NCBI GenBank assembly: GCA_019459145.1
Contig: JAIBEK010000060.1
Coordinates: 34,759 to 98,758, forward strand
Length of the DNA stretch: 64,000 nucleotides
Origin: Arenimonas sp.
GTDB lineage: Bacteria; Pseudomonadota; Alphaproteobacteria; Rhizobiales; Rhizobiaceae
Direction: 5' to 3'
Shown here: positions 53,117 through 62,790 of the stretch, one piece after another
Layout: each line of letters opens with the position of its first letter
Position numbering within the stretch: position 1 is the first letter of the stretch
Program-made: the position numbers and the translations under genes
Notes under the pieces: model-generated
The model's input: the letters and a program-made list of their open reading frames with translations, nothing else
The model's database searches: none
What the model was told of the DNA's origin: nothing

Positions 53117-54688
53117 TCAGATCGAACCGGAGCCCATCTGTTCGGCGATATAGTCGGCCTGACGGATCGCCAGCGTGACGATGGTCAGCGTCGGGTTCTC
53201 CGCCGCACCCGTGGTGAACTGGCTGCCGTCGGAGACGAACAGGTTCTTGATGTCGTGGGTCTGGCCATGCTTGTTGACGACGCCATCCTGCGCCTTCTCG
53301 CTCATGCGGTTGGTGCCGAGATTGTGGGTCGAGGGATAGGGCGGGGTCGGGAAGGCGCGGGTCGCCCCAACGGCTTCATAGAGCGCGACGCCCTGGCTGT
53401 AGGCGTGGTTGCGCATGGCCTCGTCGTTGGGATGGTCAGTGAACCAGACATCCGGGATCGGCATGCCGTATTTGTCCTTCAGCTCGCCGTGCAGCTTCAC
53501 CGCATTCTGTTCCTGCGGCATGTCCTCGCCGACGATCCACAGGCCCGCCATATTGGCATACTGGTCCATGGCCGAGGCAAACGACCGGCCCCAGCCGCCC
53601 GGATCGAGGAAGGCCGCCATGAACGGGATGCCGAGCGCCAGCGTCTCCAGCTCATAGCCGCCGACAAAGCCGCGCGACGGATCATGCCTGGCTTCGTCGC
53701 GGATGATACCGGCCATGGTCGTGCCACGATAGAAATGCACCGGCTTTTCGAACACGGCATAAACTGAACCGGTGGTATGGCGCATGTAGTTCTTGCCGAC
53801 CTGGCCGGAGGAATTAGCAAGGCCGTCGGGGAACATCGACGAGTGTGAATTGAGCAGCAGGCGCGGGCTTTCGATCGAATTGCCGGCGACGCAGACGATT
53901 CGCGCCTTCTGGCTCTTCATATTGCCGTCCTTGTCGGCATAGACGACCGCCGTCACCTTGCCCGATGAGTCATGCTCGATCTTGACGACATGGGAGTTTG
54001 GCCGCACCTCCAGCTTGCCGGTCGCCTCGCCTTTGGGGATTTCGGTGTAGAGCGTCGACCACTTGGCGCCCCATTTGCAGCCCTGGAAGCAGAAGCCGGT
54101 CTGCTGACAGCTGTTGCGGTCGTCGCGCGGCGCCGAATTGATCGCCATATTGCCGGTATGACAGTCCTTGTAGCCGAGCTTGTCGGCACCGGCTTTCAGG
54201 ATCTTGAAATTGTTGTTGCCCGGCAGTCCCTCGATGCCGTTGGTGCGGGTGACGCCCATCTTGTCCTCGGCCTTGGCATAGTAGGGCTCGAGATCGGCAA
54301 GGGTGATCGGCCAGTCGAGCAGGTTGGCGCCTTCGACCTTGCCATAGTTGGTCAGCGTCTTGAACTCGTGCTCCTGGATGCGCAGCGAGGCGCCGGCCCA
54401 GTGGGTGGTGGTGCCGCCGACCGCCTTGACGATCCAGGCCGGCAGGTTGGGAAAGTCCTTTGCAACGCGCCAGCCGCCGCCGGTGGTGCGATTGTCGAGC
54501 CAGGCAAGCTGGGCAAAACTGTCCCATTCGTCGTTGATGAATTCCTCGTATTCGTGCCGGCTGCCGGCTTCGAGAATGACGACGTCGATGCCCTTCTGGG
54601 CGAGTTCGTTGCCGAGCGTTCCACCGCCCGCACCCGAACCGATGATGACGACCACGCTGTCGTCGTTGAGATCATAAGGCGCTGCCAT
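53117..54688 (-). CDS. GMC-family FAD oxidoreductase (gluconate 2-dehydrogenase flavoprotein-subunit-like)
   Basis: 523-aa ORF. VVVIIGSGAGGGTLGNELAQKGIDVVILEAG (FAD fold). C-terminal NLFVSDGSQFTTGAAENPTLTIVTLA. Confidence 0.85.
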   Translation of the reverse strand: MAAPYDLNDDSVVVIIGSGAGGGTLGNELAQKGIDVVILEAGSRHEYEEFINDEWDSFAQLAWLDNRTTGGGWRVAKDFPNLPAWIVKAVGGTTTHWAGASLRIQEHEFKTLTNYGKVEGANLLDWPITLADLEPYYAKAEDKMGVTRTNGIEGLPGNNNFKILKAGADKLGYKDCHTGNMAINSAPRDDRNSCQQTGFCFQGCKWGAKWSTLYTEIPKGEATGKLEVRPNSHVVKIEHDSSGKVTAVVYADKDGNMKSQKARIVCVAGNSIESPRLLLNSHSSMFPDGLANSSGQVGKNYMRHTTGSVYAVFEKPVHFYRGTTMAGIIRDEARHDPSRGFVGGYELETLALGIPFMAAFLDPGGWGRSFASAMDQYANMAGLWIVGEDMPQEQNAVKLHGELKDKYGMPIPDVWFTDHPNDEAMRNHAYSQGVALYEAVGATRAFPTPPYPSTHNLGTNRMSEKAQDGVVNKHGQTHDIKNLFVSDGSQFTTGAAENPTLTIVTLAIRQADYIAEQMGSGSI

Positions 54689-54798
54689 GATTTCCTCCCA
54701 GGAATGTCAAATCGGCATTTTTTGAGAATACGCCGCCGTTCCCATCCACGATGGGCCTCCTCGGGCGGCCATGCTGTTCGCTTGCTGGCGTTGCGGCC

Positions 54799-55332
54799 TC
54801 AGAGCCACTCGATGTCGTCGAAGCCGCGCTCGATGTAACCGCCCTTGGAATAGGACTCGCCCTCGTAACCGAAGATCGGCCAGAGCTCCTTCTGGTTATA
54901 CAGGCTGACGACGAGATCGCCGCGCACCGCCTGGAAGAAGGGGGTTGTCTCGATGTCGCGCAGGATGGCGACACGGTGGTCCTCCCAGCCGAGGCCACGA
55001 TAGCCGCCCGCCCCCGCCCTGCTGTCGAGATCGGCGATACCATCCTCGATCAGGGTTCTGTGGGCTTCGTCCTTGCCGGCGCGATCGTCCTGACCCTTGA
55101 CCGCGATTGCATAGAAGCGGTCGGCCAGTTGGTCGTGCGGATAGATGTCGCGGGCGAGCTTGATCAGCGTCGCCATGGTTTCCGGCTTCAGCGCCTTGGC
55201 CTCCAGCGCCCAGGCGGCCTGCGGACAGATCACCGCAGAGCCGCTGATCACCAGCAGAGCCCCGACGCTGCCGCTGCGCTTCAACAGCTCGCGGCGGGAA
55301 ATCCCATTCGATTTTTCGTAAAGCGTAACCAC
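54799..55332 (-). CDS. Gluconate 2-dehydrogenase subunit-3-family small subunit with Tat signal
   Basis: 177-aa ORF (GTG start). Twin-arginine motif ISRRELLKRSGSVGALLV. Directly upstream of the GMC flavoprotein gene. Confidence 0.78.
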   Translation of the reverse strand: MVTLYEKSNGISRRELLKRSGSVGALLVISGSAVICPQAAWALEAKALKPETMATLIKLARDIYPHDQLADRFYAIAVKGQDDRAGKDEAHRTLIEDGIADLDSRAGAGGYRGLGWEDHRVAILRDIETTPFFQAVRGDLVVSLYNQKELWPIFGYEGESYSKGGYIERGFDDIEWL

Positions 55333-55476
55333 GTCAGTCTCCTCCCAGGGTCATGTGGCATGGTCGAGGGACCGGTCTCCCGCCGGTCCGTCGTCGGACG
55401 GCGCGGCGGCCGCGCCCTCCCCTTTCAAGAATATGCCGACACCGCGGAGCCTCCCGCCCTGCGGAGCCTTGCGTCC

Positions 55477-55872
55477 TTACTTGTAACGCCCGTGGCGCTG
55501 CAGGACCTCGATCTTGTAGCCGTCGGGATCGGTCATGAAGAAGAAGCGGGCGAGCAGTGCCCCGTCGCGGTTGAACTCGACGATCTTGCCGGGGTTGAGG
55601 CCCAGATCGCTCACCCGCTTGTGCTCGGCATCGAGGTCAGCGACACTGACGGCGAGATGGCCGTAGCCGCTGCCGAGGTCATAAGCTTCTTTCCGCCCCT
55701 TGTTGACGGTCAGTTCGAGCTCGAACTCGCTCTCCGCATTGCTGAGATAGATCAGCGTAAAGGTGTCGAAATCCAGCCGCTCGGCGATCTCGAGGCCGAA
55801 GGCCTTGCTGTAGAAATCGACGGATCGGGCTTCTTCCATCACCCGGATCATCGAATGGATCATTTTCGCCAA
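55477..55872 (-). CDS. VOC-family lactoylglutathione lyase (glyoxalase I-like)
   Basis: 131-aa ORF. HSMIRVMEEARSVDFY, ELTVNKG, GYGHLAVSV, FFMTDPDGYKIEVLQ, which parallels GloA. Confidence 0.75.
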   Translation of the reverse strand: MAKMIHSMIRVMEEARSVDFYSKAFGLEIAERLDFDTFTLIYLSNAESEFELELTVNKGRKEAYDLGSGYGHLAVSVADLDAEHKRVSDLGLNPGKIVEFNRDGALLARFFFMTDPDGYKIEVLQRHGRYK

Positions 55873-56087
55873 GGCATGCTCCTCGTTTCACGCAAATCAT
55901 CGAATGGTCGAAGTTTCCGTCACCGGCGGCAAATCGGGTAGCAGCCCGCTACCGCACCGACGATTTTTGCCGGATCGGCGCCGGATTTATTTGCGCCTTG
56001 CGCAGAAACCGCCACGTTTTGGGAAATTGACCGGCAATCCATCGGGCCGCATAATGCGTATCAAAAGAAAAGCCGGAGGAGCATGCC

Positions 56088-56396
56088 ATGTGTGAAGTCT
56101 TCGCGGGACAGGACCCCGCCCGCTACCGCGCGGTCAACCGATCGGTCCGGATCGCCGGACATTCGACCAGCATCCAGATCGAGGCCGCCTTCTGGGACCT
56201 GATCGACGAGATCGCCGCAAGCCAATCGATGTCGACCTCGCGCTTCCTGTCGACGCTCTATGACGAGGCGCTGGAGATCAACGGCTCGGTTTCCAATTTT
56301 GCCTCGCTGTTGCGCACCAGCTGTCTCATTTACCTGATGGGCAAGGCGCAGCACCCGGAAGCCCACCACGAGTTCCACATCATCGCGGCGGAATGA
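56088..56396 (+). CDS. Ribbon-helix-helix (RHH_4-type) domain protein
   Basis: 102-aa ORF. RSVRIAGHSTSIQIEAAFWDLIDEIAASQSMSTSRFLSTL..NFASLLRTSCL matches the alphaproteobacterial RHH_4 pattern. Confidence 0.62.
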   Translation: MCEVFAGQDPARYRAVNRSVRIAGHSTSIQIEAAFWDLIDEIAASQSMSTSRFLSTLYDEALEINGSVSNFASLLRTSCLIYLMGKAQHPEAHHEFHIIAAE

Positions 56397-56439
56397 ACGG
56401 AGCCGATCAGCCCTTTCTCTGATCCGGACGGATGAAGGG

Positions 56440-56997
56440 TCAATCTTGCCCGTCGTCGCCTGGCCCAGCTTCGCCACCGGGAAGCGGCAGCTGAATATCG
56501 GCCATCACCGCTTCCAGGTCTTCGAGCAGCTTCTGCATCTCCCGCATGCGCTCGGCACCGAAAGCACGGGTGATCTCGCCGTAGATCTCTTCCGAATGGG
56601 GAGAAACCTTCTCGATCAGGTCGAGGCCCGCCGCGCTGATGGTGATGCGCGCCCGCCGCAGATCGTTCTCGTCCGGATGACGCTCGATCAATTGGCGCGC
56701 CTCGAGATCGCGCAGGATGCGCGACAGGCTCGGGCCGAGCAGGAAGGTGGCGCGGGCAAGTTCGGTTACCTCGATTTCCTTGACGGTCATCAGGGCCCGC
56801 AGAATACGCCACTGCTGTTCGGTCAGGTCATACATCCGCAGCGAATTGCGGAAGTGCTTCATCACCGATTCCCGCGCCCTGAGAAGTAGCATCGGCAGGG
56901 AGCGGGAGAAATGCCGAAGCCGCACGCGGGGCACCGGTGCCGCGCCCTCGCGCGGCGCCTCGACACCCTCGGACGGTTCCATGCTCTTGCCCGCCAT
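56440..56997 (-). CDS. hpaR: MarR-family homoprotocatechuate-degradation regulator HpaR
   Basis: The track ORF is 56440..57021 (TTG start). I prefer the ATG at 56997, preceded by GGGAGAAG. LLLRARESVMKHFRNSLRMYDLTEQQWRILRAL parallels E. coli HpaR. Confidence 0.75.
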   Translation of the reverse strand: MAGKSMEPSEGVEAPREGAAPVPRVRLRHFSRSLPMLLLRARESVMKHFRNSLRMYDLTEQQWRILRALMTVKEIEVTELARATFLLGPSLSRILRDLEARQLIERHPDENDLRRARITISAAGLDLIEKVSPHSEEIYGEITRAFGAERMREMQKLLEDLEAVMADIQLPLPGGEAGPGDDGQD

Positions 56998-57024
56998 TTC
57001 TTCTCCCGCTTTCAAGCTCAAGGC

Positions 57025-57795
57025 TTACCCCTTCTTGACCTCGGCGAGGAGCGACTGGGCGCCCTTCGCGAGGACCCCCACATCGGTGCCGACGGCGATG
57101 AAGCAGGCACCGGCCTCGCGGGCCAGCCGGATCATCGTCGGGTCGGTGGTCATGATGCCGGCCGGCTTGCCGAGCAGCACCACCTTTCGGATCAGCGCAT
57201 CGACCGCGGCCATGACGTCGGGATGGCGCGGATTGCCGGTGTGGCCCATGTCGGCGGCCAGATCGGACGGTCCGACCAGGACGCCGTCGACGCCCTCCGT
57301 GGTGACGATCGCCTCTGCATTGTCGATGCCGAGCTGGCTTTCGATCTGCACGATCAGGCAGATCTGCTCGTTGGCGGTCTCGACATAGTCGGCGATCCGG
57401 CCGAAATCGGAGGCCCGGCCGAGCCCTGCCCCCATGCCGCGGATGCCCTCCGGCGGGTAACGGCAGGCACGGGCAAGCCGCAACGCCTCTTCACCCGTCT
57501 CCACCATCGGGATCAGAAGCGACTGCGCACCGATATCCAGCGCCTGCTTGATCAGCCAGGTTTCACCGACCGGAAGCCGGACGATCGGGTGGGCGGCATG
57601 ACGCGCGACGGCGGCAAGCTGCGCGGCGATCAGCGGAATGTCGTTCGGCCCATGCTCGGCATCGATCAGGATCCAGTCGAAACCGGAGCCCGCCGACACT
57701 TCCGCCGCATGCGGGCTCGCCAGCGCGACCCAGAGACCATAGAGCGTCTGGCCATCGAGGATGGCCTCCTTGAAGACATTGACCGGTGCGGGCAT
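57025..57795 (-). CDS. hpaI: 4-hydroxy-2-oxoheptanedioate (2,4-dihydroxyhept-2-ene-1,7-dioate) aldolase
   Basis: 256-aa ORF. GSGFDWILIDAEHGPND, RYPPEGIRG and LIVQIES motifs of the HpaI/HpcH aldolases. Confidence 0.85.
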   Translation of the reverse strand: MPAPVNVFKEAILDGQTLYGLWVALASPHAAEVSAGSGFDWILIDAEHGPNDIPLIAAQLAAVARHAAHPIVRLPVGETWLIKQALDIGAQSLLIPMVETGEEALRLARACRYPPEGIRGMGAGLGRASDFGRIADYVETANEQICLIVQIESQLGIDNAEAIVTTEGVDGVLVGPSDLAADMGHTGNPRHPDVMAAVDALIRKVVLLGKPAGIMTTDPTMIRLAREAGACFIAVGTDVGVLAKGAQSLLAEVKKG

Positions 57796-57807
57796 GAAAA
57801 CTTCTCC

Positions 57808-58611
57808 TTAGGCAAAATAGCAGCTGACGGTACCGTGCGGCCCGAAATCGCTGGTGATGGTGTCGCCGTGGCGGGCCTCGATCGGACGGATGAACGATCC
57901 GGCGAGCACCACCTGTCCTGCTTCAATCTTCGCGCCATACTGATGCAGCCGATTAGCAAGCCAGGCAATGCCGCGGGCGGGATGATTGAGCACGCCGGCG
58001 CCGAGCCCGGTTTCCTCCACCTCGGCATTGCGCGAAACGATCGCCCCCATCCAGCGCATGTCGACGTCATCCGGCCGCATGGCCCGGCCGCCGAGCACGA
58101 TGCCGGCATCGGCGGCGTTGTCGGAAATGGTGTCGACGATGGTGCGGGACTTCATCGTCTCGGGATCGACCCTGAGAATGCGCGTATCGAGGATTTCCAG
58201 GGCCGGCGTGACATAGTCTGTGGCGTTCAGAACGTCGAACACGGAAACGCCGGGACCGGACAGATCCTTCTTCATGACAAAGGCGATCTCGGCCTCGATG
58301 CGCGGCTGAATGAAGCGATGGTCGGGGATCACTGCGCCGTCGTCAAAACGCATGTCGTCGAGCAACACACCGGAATCCGGGATGTCGATGTTGAGCGCAT
58401 ATTGCATGGCCTTGGAGGTGAGGCCGATCTTCCAGCCGATCGCGGTGCGTCCGGCTTTCATCTTGCGGCTTACCCATTCCGCCTGCACGGCATAGGCATC
58501 GTCCATCGTCATGCCCGGATAGGCGAGCGACAGGAGCCCGGTCTGCTTGCGGGTTCTCTCCGCCTCGTCGAGGCTTTTCGCGGCGGCCGCGACCTGTTCA
58601 GGCGTCATCAT
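57808..58611 (-). CDS. hpaH: 2-oxo-hept-4-ene-1,7-dioate hydratase
   Basis: 267-aa ORF of the MhpD/HpcG hydratase family (GWKIGLTSKAMQ, EAEIAFVM). Confidence 0.85.
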   Translation of the reverse strand: MMTPEQVAAAAKSLDEAERTRKQTGLLSLAYPGMTMDDAYAVQAEWVSRKMKAGRTAIGWKIGLTSKAMQYALNIDIPDSGVLLDDMRFDDGAVIPDHRFIQPRIEAEIAFVMKKDLSGPGVSVFDVLNATDYVTPALEILDTRILRVDPETMKSRTIVDTISDNAADAGIVLGGRAMRPDDVDMRWMGAIVSRNAEVEETGLGAGVLNHPARGIAWLANRLHQYGAKIEAGQVVLAGSFIRPIEARHGDTITSDFGPHGTVSCYFA

Positions 58612-58613
58612 CT

Positions 58614-59486
58614 TCAGACCTCGTCTTCGACCGTGTTGCGCAGGATACCGATGCCGTCGGCCTCGACCTCTATCACATCGCCGGGTTTCAGCCAGATCGG
58701 CGGATCGAATCGGGCGCCCGCCCCGGTCGGCGTTCCGGTGACGATGATATCGCCCGGCACCAGCGTCGTGAATGTCGAAACATAGGCGATGATCTTGCGG
58801 AAGGAGAAGATCATCCGGCTGGTGCGGTCACTCTGGCGCACCTCGCCATTGACCCGCGTCTCGAGCCTGATGTCGGCAATCTGGCTCTCGTCGGTGAAGG
58901 GCACGAGCCAGGGCCCGATCGAACCGGAGCGGTCGAAATTCTTGCCCTGGGTGACGTTGAACTTGGCATGGCGCACCCAGTCGCGGATCGTGCCCTCGTT
59001 GCACAGCGACAGCGCCGCGATGTGGGACAAGGCATCCGCTTCGGATACACGTCGGCCGGACTTGCCGACAACGATGACGATCTCGCCCTCGTAATCGAGC
59101 TGCTCGCTTTCCGGCGGGCGGATCAGCGGCTGATCGTGGCCGGTAAACGAGCGCGGGAAGCGGACGAACAGCGACGGGTTCGGCGGCGCCTCCTGACCGT
59201 CCTTGTATTCGGCATTGCGGTCGGGGAAATTGACGCCGACGCAGATGATCTTTTCGGGATGCGGAATGGGGATTTCATAAGTGATGGCGCCGACCGGATG
59301 ATCGGGCTTCATCTCTGCCGCCGCCGTGACCAGTTCGCCAAGCGCACCGGCCTCGATCACCTGCCGCAGCGTCGGCCAGCGGTCGCCGAAGCGGGTCGAA
59401 AGATCGATGACACCGTCATCGGTGATGGCACCATAGGCGCTGCGGCCGTCGATCGTGAAGCTTGCCAGTTTTGTCGTCATTGTCAT
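58614..59486 (-). CDS. hpaG: Fumarylacetoacetate-hydrolase-family enzyme of the hpa pathway (5-oxopent-3-ene-1,2,5-tricarboxylate decarboxylase / 2-hydroxyhepta-2,4-diene-1,7-dioate isomerase, single-domain form)
   Basis: 290-aa ORF. KIICVGVNFPDR, DYEGEIVIVVGK, PGDIIVTGTPTGAG (FAH-fold motifs). Position within the hpa cluster. Confidence 0.78.
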   Translation of the reverse strand: MTMTTKLASFTIDGRSAYGAITDDGVIDLSTRFGDRWPTLRQVIEAGALGELVTAAAEMKPDHPVGAITYEIPIPHPEKIICVGVNFPDRNAEYKDGQEAPPNPSLFVRFPRSFTGHDQPLIRPPESEQLDYEGEIVIVVGKSGRRVSEADALSHIAALSLCNEGTIRDWVRHAKFNVTQGKNFDRSGSIGPWLVPFTDESQIADIRLETRVNGEVRQSDRTSRMIFSFRKIIAYVSTFTTLVPGDIIVTGTPTGAGARFDPPIWLKPGDVIEVEADGIGILRNTVEDEV

Positions 59487-59497
59487 TCCTCTTCAAG

Positions 59498-59655
59498 ACC
59501 CCTCCCTCAAGGAGAGAGGGAGTCTGTCGCGCCAGACGCACCGGCTTCGGTCAACATTCACCGTCCGTCGGGCCTCGCCTCGGACACCATCGGCTTGCCA
59601 AAAAGCTCGACCCGCCCCCTCCCCCTTGTGGGGAGGGTTGGAAAGGGGTCACGCC
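59498..59655. repeat. RIME/REP-like hairpin repeat cluster inside the hpa operon (between hpaD and hpaG)
   Basis: CCCTCCCCCTTGTGGGGAGGGTTGGAAAGGGGT (59617..59649) is near-identical to 3580..3611. An additional CCCTCCCTCAAGGAGAGAGGG hairpin lies at the left end. Confidence 0.7.
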
Positions 59656-59661
59656 ACCGTC

Positions 59662-60642
59662 TCACGGCGCGATGATCGGCTGGGCCTTGAGGATTGCCTC
59701 CGTCACTTCCGTGCCGGCAAACAGGCTGCCATGCTCGAACCATGAGCGCGGGGCCGGCGCGCCCCACAGCGTCTGGCGCTGCGGATCCTTCAGGTCCCAC
59801 TTGATCGGCTCGAGGTCGGGGTCGACGGTCTGGTAGTCCGAGCAGTAGATCTCGATGCGATGGCCGTCGGGATCAAGGATATAGAGGAAGAAGGCGTTCG
59901 AGATGCCGTGACGGCCGGGGCCGCGCTCGATATTGGCGAGATAGCCGGTGGTCGACATCAGGTCGAGCAGGTCGATGATGTTGAGCGGCGTCGGCACCCA
60001 GAAGGCCGTGTGATGCAGGCGCGGGCCGAGGCCGTTGGTGAACGCCATGTCGTGCACGCCGCCCTTGCGGTGCATCCAGGCCGCCCACAGCCGCTTCGAC
60101 TCGTCGTCCTCGGTATATTCGGTGACGCGGAAGCCCATCTCGTTGTAGAAGGCGACCGAGGCATCGACATCCGGCGTGAAGCAGTTGAAGTGGTCGATCC
60201 GAAGCGGCTTCACGCCGTGATAGAGCTTGTACTGCTGGTGGATCGGGGCGAGCCGGTCCATCTTGAAGTAGAATTCGAGCGGCGTGCCGAAGATGTCGAT
60301 CGCCCGCAGCGTGCGGCCCTGATAGGGACGCTCCACCCAGCCATTGGCCAGGCCCTTGGCGTCGAAGAAGGCCTTGGCCTTGTCGAGGTCCTCCTCGCCA
60401 TAGACCTTGAGCGACAGCGCGGCGACCTGCGATTTTTCACCCTTGCGCAGCACCATGCAATGATGGCCGCGTTCCTCGAGCGCGCGCAGATAGATGGTCG
60501 AGGCATCCTCGTCGGTCACCTGCAGGCCGAGGGTGTCGACGTAGAAGGCGCGGCTGGCGGCCAGATCCTTGACGATGAACTCGACATGGCTGAGGCGCAC
60601 GACGTTGAAGGACGGATAAAGATTGGGCTGCGGTATCGGCAT
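59662..60642 (-). CDS. hpaD: 3,4-dihydroxyphenylacetate (homoprotocatechuate) 2,3-dioxygenase, type I extradiol (VOC fold)
   Basis: 326-aa ORF. Two VOC modules (LSHVEFIVKDLAASRAFY, RIDHFNCFTPDVDASVAFY), HHTAFWV, and FFLYILDPDGHRIEIY. Confidence 0.85.
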   Translation of the reverse strand: MPIPQPNLYPSFNVVRLSHVEFIVKDLAASRAFYVDTLGLQVTDEDASTIYLRALEERGHHCMVLRKGEKSQVAALSLKVYGEEDLDKAKAFFDAKGLANGWVERPYQGRTLRAIDIFGTPLEFYFKMDRLAPIHQQYKLYHGVKPLRIDHFNCFTPDVDASVAFYNEMGFRVTEYTEDDESKRLWAAWMHRKGGVHDMAFTNGLGPRLHHTAFWVPTPLNIIDLLDLMSTTGYLANIERGPGRHGISNAFFLYILDPDGHRIEIYCSDYQTVDPDLEPIKWDLKDPQRQTLWGAPAPRSWFEHGSLFAGTEVTEAILKAQPIIAP

Positions 60643-60745
60643 GGTTCTCCTCCTCTCCGTCCGAGCGGCCGTGCCGGCGACGGATCATCTCAAAAACAAC
60701 TCAAGGCGCGGACGGTGATTTGTCACCGCCCGCGCGGCAATCGGT

Positions 60746-62263
60746 TTAGCCGCCGAGCTTCGGGATCGCATGGGCGCCCGTGGCAAAGGCGATATTCTTG
60801 GTTTCCATGTAGAAATCGAACGACCAGTCGCCGCCGTCGCGGCCGATGCCGGAATTCTTCACCCCGCCGAACGGCGTCGGCAGGTGACGGACATTTTCCG
60901 AGTTCACCCAGACCATTCCCGCCTCCAGCCGGTCCGAGAAGCGGAAGGCGCGCGTCACATCCGAGGTCCAGACATAGCCGGTCAGTCCGTACTGAACGTC
61001 ATTGGCGAGAGACAGCGCCTCGGCCTCGTCCCGGAACCGGATCGCGGTGAGCACGGGTCCGAAAATTTCCTCCTGGGCGATGCGCATCTGGTTGCTGGCA
61101 CCGGTGAACAGCGTCGGCGAGACATAGCAGCCACCGCCCGGACCGTCGAACTTCGCACCGCCGGCGGCGACCGTCGCCCCTTCAGCCCGGCCAATGTCGA
61201 TGTATTCCAGCACCTTCTTTTCATGCACCGGATGGATCAGCGGACCGACCACCGTCTCGGGATCAAGTGGATGGCCGACCTTGATGCGCTTAGCCTTTTC
61301 CGCGACCTTGGCGGTGAAGGCTTCGTAGATGCTCTCTTCGACCAGCAGGCGCGACGACGAAGTGCAGCGCTCGCCATTCAGCGAATAAATCATGAAGACG
61401 GCGGCATCGGCCGCACGATCCAGATCGGCATCGGCAAACACGATCACCGGATTCTTGCCGCCGAGTTCGAAATGCACGCGCTTCAGCGTTTCCGCACCCT
61501 GACGCATGATCATCGAGCCGGTGCGACTTTCGCCGACGAAGCCGATCGCCTTGATGTCCGGATGTTCGGTCAACGCCTTGCCGGCCTCTTCGCCGAGACC
61601 ATTGACGAGGTTCCACACGCCCTTGGGCAGGCCGGCCCCCTCTGCGATCTCGACCAGCAGCCGGGCGGTCAGCGGCGAAAATTCGGCCGGCTTGTGCACC
61701 ACCGTGCAACCGGCCGCAAGCGCCGGGGCGATCTTCCAGGTCGACAGCATGAAGGGCGTGTTCCACGGCGTGATGACGCCCACCGGACCGATCGGCACGC
61801 GCGTCGTCATGTTCGTCTGGTCGCTGGTGCGAAGCACCTTGCCGTCGCGCGCCTCCGGCGCCTTGTCAGCGAAGAAGCGGAAATTCTCGGCGCCGCGCAG
61901 GGCGGCCTTGGACATGAATTTCAGCGCCTGCCCCGTATCCATGCACTCGACGAAGGCGATTTCCTCGGCGCGGGCGACGATGGCGTCCGCAATCCTGTGC
62001 ATCAGCTTCTTTCGGGCCTCGCCGGGCATGGCGGCCCATTCGGCAAAAGCGCCCTTGGCCGCCTTGGCGGCACTGTCGATATCCTCGGCCTTGCCGCGCG
62101 CCACCCTTGCCATCGGCTTGAGGTCGACGGGAGAGATGATCTCGAATGTCGTGGCGTCGGCGGCCGGAACGCTTTCGCCAGCGATGTGATTGAGGACACC
62201 CTCGGCCTTGAAACGGGCGAGATAGGCCTCGGCCCTGGCGATATTCTCTTCGGTCTTCGACAT
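60746..62263 (-). CDS. hpaE: 5-carboxymethyl-2-hydroxymuconate semialdehyde dehydrogenase
   Basis: 505-aa aldehyde dehydrogenase (FELGGKNP, ERCTSSSRLLV catalytic Cys region) within the hpa cluster. Confidence 0.88.
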   Translation of the reverse strand: MSKTEENIARAEAYLARFKAEGVLNHIAGESVPAADATTFEIISPVDLKPMARVARGKAEDIDSAAKAAKGAFAEWAAMPGEARKKLMHRIADAIVARAEEIAFVECMDTGQALKFMSKAALRGAENFRFFADKAPEARDGKVLRTSDQTNMTTRVPIGPVGVITPWNTPFMLSTWKIAPALAAGCTVVHKPAEFSPLTARLLVEIAEGAGLPKGVWNLVNGLGEEAGKALTEHPDIKAIGFVGESRTGSMIMRQGAETLKRVHFELGGKNPVIVFADADLDRAADAAVFMIYSLNGERCTSSSRLLVEESIYEAFTAKVAEKAKRIKVGHPLDPETVVGPLIHPVHEKKVLEYIDIGRAEGATVAAGGAKFDGPGGGCYVSPTLFTGASNQMRIAQEEIFGPVLTAIRFRDEAEALSLANDVQYGLTGYVWTSDVTRAFRFSDRLEAGMVWVNSENVRHLPTPFGGVKNSGIGRDGGDWSFDFYMETKNIAFATGAHAIPKLGG

Positions 62264-62293
62264 CTCTACATCCTCACTGGCCCCTGGCTGGGC

Positions 62294-62680
62294 CTACTTG
62301 CCCCGCAGGCGGGCGTGCATGCTGTTCATTTTCCAGCTGAGGTCGGGATCGATCTCCACCACCTCCAGCGAAAGAGCGAAATGCGGCTCGGCCAACAGGG
62401 GAGCGAGCGCTGCGGCGACCGCCGTCATGATCGCCTCGCCCGTGCGCTTCTTTTCTTCACCACTACGGCCCGCCCCCAGGCGAAAGACCATGTCGACGAA
62501 TGCGTTTTCGGCATGCCGGTCGGCAATCGCGTAATGGGGCGCAGAAAAGGCACGGACACGCGGCGCGCCGAGTTCGAAAATGCCGGTCGCAAGGATCGCC
62601 TGGTGCGCGGCGGCACAGACCGCGGCGATATCGGCCTTTTCCTCAAGATTGGCGGAATATTCCAGTCGCAGATGCGGCAT
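62294..62680 (-). CDS. hpaF: 5-carboxymethyl-2-hydroxymuconate isomerase
   Basis: 128-aa ORF starting MPHLRLEYSANLEE, the N-terminal Pro-1 tautomerase-type signature of CHMI. Confidence 0.8.
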   Translation of the reverse strand: MPHLRLEYSANLEEKADIAAVCAAAHQAILATGIFELGAPRVRAFSAPHYAIADRHAENAFVDMVFRLGAGRSGEEKKRTGEAIMTAVAAALAPLLAEPHFALSLEVVEIDPDLSWKMNSMHARLRGK

Positions 62681-62707
62681 GGATCCCTCCTCCGATTGCT
62701 CATTTAT

Positions 62708-62720
62708 TTAACGTGTTAAA
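62708..62720. promoter_or_regulatory. Palindromic candidate operator TTAACGTGTTAAA upstream of hpaF
   Basis: Lies 28 nt upstream of the hpaF ATG. It differs at one position from the copy at 62791..62803. Confidence 0.4.
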
Positions 62721-62790
62721 TAGAATTTGGTGATGTGTCAAGCGGAGGCCGAAGGGCCGCCTCGCCGGGGCAAACGCATAGAAGCTTAAC

